A stretch of 64,000 bases of DNA from Podarcis liolepis (taxonomy: Eukaryota). Position numbers and translations under genes: made by a program. The DNA is taken from the NCBI GenBank assembly GCA_965112155.1, contig OZ218114.1. One strand, given 5' to 3'. The notes beneath the pieces are model-generated. The model ran no database searches, was not told the origin of the DNA, and saw only the letters and a program-made list of their open reading frames with translations. Positions 52,104 through 64,000 of the stretch are shown piece by piece. Numbering within the stretch: position 1 is the stretch's first letter; every line of letters begins with the position of its first letter.

Positions 52104-52934
52104 TTAAAGTTTGTAATTCCAGTGGCTAAAGTGAGAAGTCAGGTTTCCTCCTCCTGAGCTCCCTCTCATGGCACATCGTGGCCAATCCCAATTGTGATTT
52201 GGAAAATGGTTCATTATTAGAGAAAATAAAGAGTATCAAAAAGCTGGCTGCTGGGAATGACTAGCTGTAAGGATAAAGATGAGGATGTTCTTCCACTCCT
52301 CTGCCAGCGCCTGTATTTTATTTGTTGCTTATGGTGCATCTGGTTTCCCCTACTTAGCATCATGTGCCAATCTGAAAACCCACCCACCCCGCAAGAGTAT
52401 TTTGGGCAGAGGACCTCACTGGTGCTGCTACGCAACAGTACAGTATTGCAAAATGAGCTCCCCCCCCCCTCCTAAAATAAAGCTGCATTCATTTCTGATT
52501 GGCGTGATTTCATTTGACAGAGGTTTTTGAGAAAAGGAGAGCGGAATGACAGCAAGTTGCAAAAGATCACTCAGAGCTTCCCTTTGTTGCCAGGGAGTGG
52601 TGTGGCACCTCGTACTGTGTTCTCCTCCTTTGGGCTCTTGCAAGGATTACTGACCCGTCTTCATCTTTTTGTACCTTTTTAGATGTTTATTTATATCTTT
52701 CTAATCTCCTTTCTGAGTGTAGCGGTAATCTTCATTAACCAACCAGCCTGCCTTGCTTCCTTTCCAAAGTAGCCAGCTGCTCTGAACAGACCTGGGGTTT
52801 TTGTTTTTTGTTTGAACTGCTTGATTTCACTTCTGCCCCCACTCCCCATCTCCTTCCTCCCGAGCCCCTGGTTAGCACAAGGCAGTTCTTGTTGCATCTC
52901 ACAGCCACGATTGTCGGAACCACCCTCCCCCTGA

Positions 52935-53297
<363 letters not shown>

Positions 53298-54511
53298 TAA
53301 CATGATTTTGTGTTGCATGTGGACCAAACCATGATGGAGCTTAATTATAATAAATACACTCACAATCAGATCTTGATAGCAGCGTTTGGAATGGATCTGC
53401 AAGTCCTCATTATAGGGACAAACCTGGTTAGCATCGTATCAGTGTACATGAAACATGGTATCATGTTAACACGGAAGAAAGGAATTCCTAACCTAAATTT
53501 AGGTGGGGGGAAAGAGAGTGAGAGAGAGAAATGTGCATTCCTGAGGTTGACTCCTGATTTGTGAACCATGGTTTTCAGGTAGCCAGTGTTTCATCTGCAT
53601 TGGGGCAGTAAGTATAAAACAAACCATGGGTTAGCATCAAGAGCACTTGCTTCTCCCCCGCTTCCCTCTAATTCTACTGCTGTACTAACTTGTCTCCTTC
53701 AAATAGAACTCCTACCTCACAACAGAGCTAAACCTTATTATCATTTATGTTGATCTTATTGGTATTGGTATCTTGTCCTTTCTCCAAGGTTGGCAGCCAT
53801 GGGAATTCCATTTTATCCCCACAAGGCTGGGAGTGAGTGACTGGGCCAAGGTTGCCCAATGAATTTCATGTCTGAGCAGGGATTTAAACCCTGATTTAAT
53901 ACCACTCTGGCTTTTATAGCCACTAAAGCAATTGATTACTTTGGGGTTACTGGACACCCAGTTGTCAATCATAAGCAATTCTGGTGTGAAAGGTATGTGT
54001 GTGTGTGTGTAAACTGATCCCTCTAGGAAACATGTGTGATCCAAGCCATGTTCCCTTCTGCTCTGGTCTTGAACAGATGACAAGGGTGCTGCATGCCGTC
54101 GTCAAATGCGTAGATCTGCAGAGTGTGTCACAAAGCTGGAAAAAAATGAGAGTTTGGTAGAGGACAAGGGATTCCTGTACCAGCTATGGAGGGATTCAGA
54201 GGTTGTGAAGCCTTGTCTCCTGCTGCAAGCTGAGTCATCGATAGGAAATGCAGTGCTCAGGTGCTGCCAAAAATATTGGGCATGGGACGCTGCGAGCCGC
54301 TTTAGTAAGACACAGAAACGGCACCGTGCAGCTCTGAGCCATACCCACTTCCTTGCTTGAAACCCCATTTGGGTTTCAAGCGTTCTCCAAGTCAAGAACT
54401 AGCAAAAGGTTAATATGGAAGATTGGTGTGGGGGTGAGCTTGGGCCCAGGAAGTTCTGAATTCAAATCACCCCTCAGCTGCAAACTCCCTCATGTTGCCT
54501 TAAGCAAGTTG

Positions 54512-54543
54512 TTTTTATTTATTTATTTATTTATTTATTTATT

Positions 54544-54596
<53 letters not shown>
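54512..54596. repeat. (TTTA)n joined to (AAT)n microsatellite
   Basis: Direct observation. Confidence 0.93.
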
Positions 54597-55832
54597 TCCA
54601 ATGCTAAAGGTGACTTCCAAAGCAGTATCAAATGCCGAATACTGCTAGATTAATGCATTTCTTTTCTAGGTGTCTGTTTTAAAAGAAATTGAATTGAGAC
54701 TTCTGTCGTAAGCACACTCGCATCATCAGTCCAATGGTGCTTACTTCTGAGCAAGCCTATAAGATTGAGGTGTAAAGCCTGTTTTAGAGAGCGGCAGATA
54801 GAGCTGGAACCAAATAAAAGCCAGCATTGTTGATCAAAAGGCAATTCAAAGGATACTGACTTTGATGGGCTGCCTCCTGAGTCTTGGGCTTTTTTCCAGT
54901 GTGCCCCCTACCCACTTTCTCTCGCCCAAAGCTCTCTGAAATAAGGGCCTCTGTGTCTCTCAGCCTCCCCTGTAGAAAACACCTTCTCCCATAGGACCCT
55001 GAGTATTAAGATCAGCTGCAGAGGACCTACTCTCTGCCCCATCTTTGCTGTAATGTAGATGAGCAAATCTGATAGGCTGAAGTTGTTGTGGATTTTGTAT
55101 TTGACCTGTTCTATTATGGCTTAATTTTATCAGTTGCCTTGGAAGGGCTAAAAAGGAATTGGTATACAATAGCTAAATAGAGAATATAAATAGGCATTGC
55201 CTTTTTAGCAGTGGCACCATGACTGTAGGCTGCCCTCCCTGGAGAGATTTGATGCGTCCCTTACCTTTCTGTTTGCAGATGAGAAATTAAACCTTTTTAA
55301 TGTTTTAATGATCATCTGCTTTTAAGCTTTCACTTTAAACAGCATGGTACTTTTCATGCTGCTATATGTACCGTTTTTGTATTCTCGCTGTTCTAACTTT
55401 TCTGGCGTTAGTTTTCCACTTTACCGCTGAATGCCTTATTTTTAACGGGAACAACAAAGAGTCTTGTGGCATCTTACATATTAACATACTTATTTTTATC
55501 TGTGTGCCACCTCTCCACATTTTAAGCCATGCTCAAGGCGGCCTATGAGATGAAAAGAATACGTAACTACAACATAACAAAAGTAGTCGTAAACAATAAA
55601 TAAAACATTAAAAATACACAACCAAACTGAACAATTTCCGCCTAAATCACACCACGATCTAAAATATAGATACAGCAACTACCCCACCCCCCAAAATCCC
55701 AAACAGAACCCTAACCCCCAAAAATCTGTTCAGCAGTTCAACCTTTGTAGCTGGAGTCAGTCAGGGTCCTGCCCTCCCAGGCCATCTGGAAAAGGCTTGC
55801 GAGGCAGGGAGTAGGTCCTGCAGGACTCACAG

Positions 55833-55932
55833 CTAATGAATTTATTACAGCTCAAGCTTTTGTGGATGTTGTGGCGTGTCATGGATTTGGTGAAGCCCGT
55901 GAAAGTTTATTCCGTAATAAATTTGTTGGCCT
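55833..55932. mobile_element. Decayed Penelope palindrome remnant
   Basis: aatttattacagctcaagcttttgtgg ... gtgaaagtttattccgtaataaatttgttgg degenerate arms; a further PLE-end fragment at ~55450-55497 (aaagagtcttgtggcatctta). Confidence 0.5.
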
Positions 55933-56585
55933 AGGCTCTTTGCTGTTTGTGTTGCAGAAGATGACTCCTTTGGAAGTTATTTTTATAAGCCACTTCAGGT
56001 GTAAAGTGGACTAGAAAAATAACATTTATTAGGAGAATAATACTGCTGTGGCTATCTTTAGAGGGTAGTACATCTAAGGATTATTGAGATGAAGTATATG
56101 GTGCCCTTTGAATGGTAAAGAAAATATACACATACACACACATATATCTCAGTAATAGTAATCTGAGGCATCTAGACATTTTATGCTTGTTGATTTTTCT
56201 CTTGGGAGGGCGGGAAGTCAGCTTTTAAATTTTTATTGAATTTGGTGACAATTTTTTTTTAAATATGGAAAATCAATAAAAATAATGGGCAAAAAAGTTG
56301 ATTTTTCTCCACAGGCTTACACTTTAAAGTTCATATGTTGTTGATTTATTTCATATGTTTATATACCACCTTTCTCCGATTCAAGGCGGCTTACGGCATT
56401 TAAAAACATCATTATAAAATACAAAGGATTATTCTGTGATTCTGAGTCCTTGAATAGGGCTTCTGTGTATTTCACAAAGCAGAGAACATGTGCAGTGCTT
56501 AAAGGTGCCTGTCATATTATTTACGTAAGCCAAGCCATCAGTGGTGGCTGGTCTCATTGGGACTGAGAGGGCAGAAGGCAGGGAG

Positions 56586-56605
56586 CCCACCAGTAGGTGG
56601 CGCTA
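56586..56605 (+). promoter_or_regulatory. Candidate CTCF binding site
   Basis: cccaCCAGTAGGTGGCGCta matches the CTCF core CCASYAGRKGGCRS at every position. Confidence 0.65.
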
Positions 56606-56631
56606 GAGCCAATGACAGGCCGAGCCAACTA

Positions 56632-56859
56632 CAGTGGGACCTTGGGTTGTGGATGTAGTCTGTGACAGAGGCACATCTGCAACCCGCAGCGTTTGTAACC
56701 TGCAGCGCTGCGTCTGACGCAGCGTGACGCAATTTAGCGCTTCTGCACATGCACGAGCGGCAAAACCCAGAAATAACCCTTTCCAGTACTTCCAGGTTTC
56801 CCGCAATCCGCAACCTGAAGACACGTAACCTGAAGCGTTTGTAACCTGAGGTACCACTG
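56632..56859 (-). mobile_element. Tc1/mariner MITE related to the 32667 family
   Basis: TA|CAGTGGGACCTTGGGTT ... AACCTGAGGTACCACTG|TA. Confidence 0.85.
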
Positions 56860-58625
56860 TAATTCTAGTTTTGCGCCCATCTACCTCCTCCCTGCTGAAT
56901 TCTACAAGGGCAACCCAGGAGGAAGCTGACAGGCAGGGTCACCCCTTGGACTGGTTGTAAGTCAGGAGATAGTGAGGGGCTAGCTAAGGACAGGCTGAGC
57001 GTGGTGGGGCAGTGCCGCACTTACCCCACTCCCCACTGCAAGCCATGCCACGCATTTGTTCCTGATCCTAGATTCTGTGACCCTGAGAAGACCCCATTCA
57101 TACAGTCCTCTTAGGGGAACTCTTCCCATTTCAGCTCACATTATTACTTTTGCGCTGCTTACCTATGAGTTTATAAGACTAGTGTACAAAATAGAAAATA
57201 GATTGTAGCACAACAGAGAATAAAAACTGAATTGGTGTGAATCAGCTCCTGGGGTGCAAGCAGAGGCGTCTCTTCCATTAGGCAAGAGATGGGCAACTGA
57301 TGGGTGCCGTCAAGAGCAGCAGGAAAAAAAGACCGCATAGAACTGGCCCTGATGGGATTCGCTTGCAGCTCCCATTCATTTTAATAAGGCTATTGTGGGA
57401 GAACTTTATTCTTTATGGTTCTCTGTATCATGGGGGGGGGGGGAGAGATGAATGCCAGTTGGATTTTTCCACCACGGATGCCAAAATACCTTGGGGTAAC
57501 ATAAGTTGCTGCCACTTACCACCCAAACTCTAGTAACAGTCCCTAGTGCCCTGGAGACATAAGGGACAGGAGCCTAAAGTATTCTGCCTTAGGCACCCTC
57601 CTCATATCCACGTATAGCTTAAGTGCAGGAAGCATGTTCCTGTATCACCGAAAAGGAATACCATGGTACGTTTTTTAATTAAGGGTGATGGCACAAAACA
57701 GCTTTCAAAATTTTAGGATTTTTCTGCCTCTAGTTTTCTAAAAAGAGAGAATTCATGCTTAAGGAAAAATTAGAATTATATTTTGTCATAATGCCAACTT
57801 GGAGAGTGACCAAGATATTTCAAGTGCTCCCTCCCCCTCCTTATGTCCGTTTCCTATTCCAGCCTGCAATACTGTGCTATATTCAGAGTAATATTTTGCT
57901 TTTGAAATCTAGCAGATTTTTCTTCTCTTTTTTTCAAGAAATGTGAGAAAGAACATGCCAATTTGTGCTTTTTAATAACTCTTTGCATTGCTGGTGGGTT
58001 GAAAAGAACCACATGTTTTTAAATAGGTCACAGAAATATTGTTATAAATCCTTGTTGCAAGATTACAGTGCTAGAAAACTTTGCCAAATTATCCCGAGAT
58101 TCAGAGGAGTTTGAGAGGGCGAAGCACAATGGTGAGACACATGCTTCACGTGCAGAAAGTTTCAGATTCATTCCTTGGCACCATAAGTTAAGAGGATCTC
58201 AGGTGGGAGGTGATAGGGAAGCCTTTTCCCCACCAGATGTAGGAGACAGTGTTTGGCTAGATAGCACGGATCAGTATATTTCTTAGATGTGCACCCTACC
58301 TCTTGACCAGAGTCCCTAAAGCGGCTCACAACACATCCATACATTACATTGTACCATTTTTTAAAAACCCAGATTGCGCAGGGAAAGAAAGAATTCAAGG
58401 GAAGAGCAAAGACAATATTAAAAAGCAGAATTGTAAAATTCTCAACTGGGGGCGGAGGGCGGCAGTTTGAACCTGCAAAGAAAATACTGCATTTTGCATA
58501 TGCATAGGAGTACCAGATGTGACTGCAGCTCCTTGTTTTATTTATTATGTTCCTCTAGTTCTCTCAAAGGGCTTCGCTGACAACAGATTTTGAATGGAAA
58601 TGCTGATCCCCAAAAAGCTGCTTAA

Positions 58626-58775
<150 letters not shown>

Positions 58776-59401
58776 TGACCCTGAACCTCAGGATACCCAG
58801 GAAACTATTGGCAAGAGACTTAAGAGTGTGCAAAAAACTTTAACCTGCCTGTTGTGTGCCACTAAAGGGTTAAGAAAAAACGTTGCAGCGTCAGGGACTT
58901 TTTAGTTTATAGCAAAGGTGAGTAAGGGATGACTTGATGGAAGCGTCTAAAACTGAATGGCATGCAAAAAGTGGATAGAGAAAGGTTTTTCTCCCTCTCT
59001 CATAATGAAGTGGAATGTTGGAAGTTTCAGGAAACTTCAGCAGTTAAACTGGTTTGTGTGCGGGTTTAGTTATGCACAGAAAGTTAATTGAAATATAATA
59101 ATGAAATATATTTTTCATATTCCCACATTAATCTTCAGTGGGTTTTATTCTGCATTCTTCTCAGTTTGGTCACAGAGAAAATGTGTGTGAGAGAGAAAGG
59201 GCGATTACTACATCTCATGGAAAGCAGAATGCAGAGATGAGTGTTTGAAGAAGCCTAGAAACACAGTGGTTTCATTCAAACATCACACTACGACTTAGCA
59301 CAAATTTGCAGGCTCCTGGAGATGAGTTGGTGTCTGCTTTGCTCTGCCCCAGTCATTCTGTTGCACTGATCTAAAGCCATGGCTTGCCATAATGTCATCC
59401 A

Positions 59402-59502
59402 AACCTGGGCTCATGGTTTAGACTCTCTAGACTTCCCATGAGCTGTAACCAAGGTTTAGGGCTTGTGGCTTGTCTAGAAGAGCTAAACCATGAGCCCAAG
59501 TT
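59402..59502. repeat. Imperfect inverted repeat, likely the core of a degenerate MITE
   Basis: aacctgggctcatggtttag...ctaaaccatgagcccaagtt arms. Confidence 0.6.
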
Positions 59503-60439
59503 CAGATAAGATGCTTAAGCCAAACACAGCTTGGCTCAGTGCAACAAAGCAGTAGAACAATTAGGGAGGAGGGAAGCAAACTCCTTTCTGCGAGTCCACA
59601 CTCGTGGCAAAGCCGTAATTTTGCATGGTGTGACATGCAAACTAGGCCAATGAAGTGAAGCGGGACAGAAAATATCCAAGGCATGGGTGCAGTGGTTAGG
59701 AGAGATGCAGAGGAAAAAGCAAACCTCAACTCCATTGCAGGGGCAGGTTGCTGAGTGCTCTGTCTTCTTGGTCACAAATTATCACAGCTTTGCTGTCTTC
59801 ATGGTTCCCTCAAGTGTGTGCCGCACTATATGAGCGGCCCAGTAGTTCAGAATGAGAACCATGTCCTATTCTTTTGATATTGCGTGTGATGTTGGTGACA
59901 TCACAATCGGTGTCCAGGCGCAAGTCTGATGTCTGTACGACAATAGCAATAGCAAATTGTTTGAAAGTCAAGGAATGCGTTGCTCTTTATTCTCTAATAT
60001 AGAGAACTGGAATGATTAAAACATTGATAAGTAAGATGTTCATATAATCATAGACAACAGAGTGTTGAAAAGTCAAGGACTATTGACCATTCACCAGTAA
60101 TTCTTGGTATTTTGTAGGGCATGAAAAAGCTAAGGGAAATCTCATGCATACTGGTAGACCTCAGGGTTCCAATCAAGTAATTTTGGGAACGAGCCACCTC
60201 TCTCCTTTATTTCCATCAGTTTCTAGTAAAGGACTTGCGCAGAGGTTGGCTTGCAAATTTCAGAAACAACCCTTCTGAGACAAACATTGGAGATTAACCA
60301 GTAAATGACTTTTTCTCTGGGCCTGCCTCTCTGGTTTGCACCACGGGGTGGGGCAGCAAGACTTTGATTCCAATGTGTTGGCAAAATCAGTTACTTGGGC
60401 CACAACATCTCACCATGCCTTCTTTGTTTATCCCCATAG

Positions 60440-61269
60440 CTGAGCCGGCTCAGCCACCTTCCACCTCGAGCACTGGTGGATCCGACGATGCCATCCGCTC
60501 CATTCTGCAGCAAGCCCGGCGAGAGATGGAAGCACAGCAGGCCGCCCTCGAACCTGCCTTAAAAGCAACCCCTCTGTCCCAAGCTGAGATCTCCATCTTG
60601 TCCCCAAAACTTGTCCCCACGCCCGCCATTTCTTCGGTCGCCAGTTATTCCCCCCTGGCCATGTCCTTGAAGAAGCACTCGTCGTCTGTGGATTCCAGCA
60701 TCTCCTCCCTGCAGACTCTCTCTGGTCTGAAGAAGGAGGCCCAAGAGGCCCCCATCCTGGACCTCCACGGGATGTCTGATTCAACGCAAGGGGTGCTGAG
60801 GCACGTTAAAAATGAACTGGGGCGCAGCGGGGTGTGGAAGGACCACTGGTGGAACACTGTGCAGCCTGACAGAAGGAATGCCGCCCCTCCAGATGACCCC
60901 AAAGTGGAGGAAACCACCAGCGGGAAGGAGAAGGCCAGCAGCCAATCTCGGTCGGACCGTAACCAGCAGCTTCAAGGGCCTTCCTCTTCGGACTACTGGA
61001 AAGAGTGGCCCAACGCGGAGTCACCCTATTCCCAGAGCTCTGAACTGAGTGTGACAGGGGCGAGCCGCAGTGAGACGCCGCAGAACAGCCCCCTCCCTTC
61101 CTCCCCCATTGTCTCTTTAGCAAAGCCATCTAAACCTTCCGTTCCTCCATTGACCCCCGAGCAGTATGAGATTTATATGTACCAGGAAGTGGATACAATA
61201 GAGCTAACCCGTCAGGTCAAAGAGAAGCTAGCGAAGAACGGCATCTGCCAAAGGATATTTGGGGAAAAG
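60440..61269 (+). CDS. CUX1: CUX1 exon 18, linker plus N-terminal half of CUT repeat 2
   Basis: ccccatag|CTGAG...AAAG|gtaagc; 830 nt; ends [28 protein letters not shown]. Confidence 0.98.
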
Positions 61270-61622
61270 GTAAGCGCTTAGCTGGAGCTAGTTTGTTGGT
61301 TTGTGTGCCTTGTGATGGTGACTTTAAGACCGTCTGGGACGTTATCTGCAGAAGGGGAGAATGGCAAATTTATCTGATTTATTAATTTGCATATTTCATT
61401 CATCTTCTTGGAAGAACCTGTATTTTTCAAAGAATTGGGCTTTGAAGGAAAACCAGAAAGAGGGAGACTCTCCACCAAGAGGCTTATTGGGAGTAAGAGC
61501 CACAGAATTGTGGAGGTGGAGATGGTAGAGGAATGATGCCAAACATCTATTCCCTGCTTGCTGAGTGGCAGAAAACTGCTCGGTGTCTTCCAGCACAAGG
61601 GTGTTGTGTGAGTCCCCCGGGT

Positions 61623-61860
61623 CATCTTCTTTGGCGATCACTCGTAACCGAGTAGGATTGTCTTCCATAAACACAGTTTTAACAATGAGTCCGTAAGTGA
61701 CTGTGGAGGCCAATTCTGGATCCACACGTCCTTCCACAGTGGGAACATTGGTTTCCAGGCAGGAGTTGATCACAGTGTGGATTTGCCAAGCATGCCTTCC
61801 TCTTAGCACATTTTTCCCTTTTGTCCTGATTTTGAGTGTCTTCAAAGCCAGGACACTTTG
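61623..61860 (-). mobile_element. RTE-clade LINE 3' fragment
   Basis: FEDT...KRKA...CSHCGRTCGSRIGLHSHLRTH is the C-terminal zinc-finger-like motif of RTE LINEs. Confidence 0.85.
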
Positions 61861-62147
61861 TATCTGTTGGATAGCACATCGAACATGGGCAGTAAACACC
61901 CAGCTGCTTTTTCCACTTGTCTTCCTTCCGTGTAGTCCCTTTGCTTCAGTTCTCCCCCCTTGCCAGCTCAGAAGGGCAAACAACAGGTAACCAGAGATGC
62001 GGCTGAAGGCATTCATAACAATAAGAATGGTTAAAAGTGCTGTTGTGGCACCCTGCACTCTTCCTGCCAGCAGGTTCAAGAAGGCAGAGTGTGGCACAAT
62101 CTCTCCTCTAGCAGGTGTCTCTCTTGAGGAATAAGAGCTGCATGTAG

Positions 62148-62399
<252 letters not shown>

Positions 62400-64000
62400 T
62401 AGACAGTTGGACTCTTTTGGTGTGTTTTTTTAATGCCATACAAAGGCTTGGCTTTCACAGTGTTTCCTTTGGTTTTGTACCCTTCCATTTAGACTGTAGT
62501 GCTAAATCTTTTTCAGCTGGAGGGCTGCATTCCTTTCTAGAGACTGTTTCAAGGTGGGAGGGGGCAAGCACATGCAGGTTGGGACCAAAGTCACAAACAC
62601 AACCTATTCACATTCAAACATCTCTCTCTCTCTTACACACACACATGCATAAAGCATCAGTGGTTGTTGTCTTTACCCTTCAGAGAATAGGTAACTGGGT
62701 TCCTCCAGAGCTGCCACTCACTGGTGTTGAGAAGGCAGCTGCTGTTTTGGTGTGTTTTCCGGCTCCTGGCCAGTGTCTGAAAGGGGAAATGCCCTGCAGT
62801 AGGGGGGAAAACGCAGCCTGATGTGTGTGCAACACTGTGGCCATGACCACAAACGCCCTTTCAGCAGAATCACCCCCTCCCTTACTGGTTTTGCATAAGA
62901 TGACAGAGTGGACTGCAGCTGCCAACTTTCCCTTATCTTTGGGCCTGATAAGCTCCCCAGTGGGTGAGTGGTTGCCCTACCTTTGGAAACCACATTAAGG
63001 CAAGAGGCATCCCACCAAAAAAAGCCCCATAAGTTGGGCTTTCCTAAGGAAGAGCTAAGTAATTCCAGGAAAAGGTAAAGCTGCACTCTCTTTCAATGCA
63101 CTCATGCCTGCAACCTGTATGCCTGGACGGAGGGTACCTGCATCCCTTGGTGGTGTTTCTCAATGCTGGGGCTTCAGGAACTCAAGTTGCAGCTGTTTTT
63201 CCGCCTCCCTTTCCTTCAGCATCCTTGCCTCAAGACGGAGGGCACAAGTTAGCCTTGCAAAGTGGTCCACTTAACTGTGGAATTATGTGGGAGGCTTGAG
63301 CTATTCCTTTCTTTGCTTAGAGTCCTTCCTTTTACAGTTAAAGGGCATCGGGGACTAGAAGTGAGTTGGTCCACCCATCCTCCACCATCCTATTCAGAAC
63401 GATTCCACGTGAATCCGATTAACTTGGAGGACATTTGCCAAGTGTTGGAAAGTAATTTGAATTTAATTTGGATCCATTCTGAATCAGCAAAGCCACTAAT
63501 CCTCCATCTGACCCCCTGACCCCAGACATCTCTAAGAGTCTGATGGGGCTATCATACAGCCTGCACTTTCCCTACCCTTGACTTGCAAAAATGGGGGTGG
63601 GGGGCTAGAAGTAGCTGCTTTAATAGGGCCAGGAATATTTGCAGCAACACATGGAAGCATGGAAACTGCATGCTGTGTGGTCCTGGGGCTTATCACAGTG
63701 CTTCCCAGGAGCTCTCTCAGTCATCCCACCAGCCTTGGGAAGTTTGCATATAAAACCATCTACTTCAGATCAGCCCAAACTCTGGAGGGCTCTTGGATCC
63801 TATTTCAAATGGATCTAGAATGCAGATGCAAGAAATCCAATACCTAGCGCCTCAATTTTAAGATTCCACCCCATCAGCAAGCAGACTCAGTGCCTAAACT
63901 AATTAAGGTAATTTTCAGGCTTTGCTTCTATGCAGAGAGAATATTAAATGCCTTTCAAGGGGGAAATTTTAACAAAACTGGTGCATTTGGGCAGGATTTC

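Noticed and set aside
54237-54242. ATCGAT/ATCAAT CUX1-binding words suggesting autoregulation
   Set aside because: These hexamers occur at background frequency with no visible clustering.
60787-60978. Possible exitron in exon 18 bounded by caaggg direct repeats
   Set aside because: There is no good donor or pyrimidine tract. A deletion here would more likely be an RT template-switch artefact.

Overview
This is eukaryotic (squamate, probably lacertid lizard) genomic DNA. It covers the middle of the CUX1 (cut-like homeobox 1 / CASP) gene on the + strand. Sixteen GT-AG coding exons, homologous to human exons 4-19, splice into one uninterrupted frame of 2872 nt. They encode most of the N-terminal coiled coil shared with the Golgi protein CASP (exons 4-14), CUT repeat 1 (exon 15), the CUT1-CUT2 linker and CUT repeat 2 (exons 18-19). 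Both ends of the gene lie outside the window. The introns hold typical squamate repeats (Sauria SINEs, a tRNA-Lys/CR1 SINE, L1/Tx1, L2, Rex1/Babar and RTE fragments, Tc1/mariner and hAT MITEs, Penelope remnants), microsatellites and a 144-N gap. The most notable unexplained signals are: (i) a young ~180-bp Penelope-derived palindrome carrying an almost intact minimal hammerhead ribozyme on the antisense strand, while the sense-strand copies are crippled; (ii) dense splicing architecture around exons 14-17, including nested in-frame acceptors in exon 15, candidate unannotated small exons, a recursive-type AG|GT site and a cassette exon with a putative cathepsin L site; (iii) a CpG-rich intron 13/14 region and a long intronic ORF in frame with exon 15; (iv) a strong CTCF motif and nested or horizontally transferred transposons. 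Exon numbers, TE family names and comparisons to human CUX1 come from recalled knowledge, not database searches. I found no convincing wholly new gene system.
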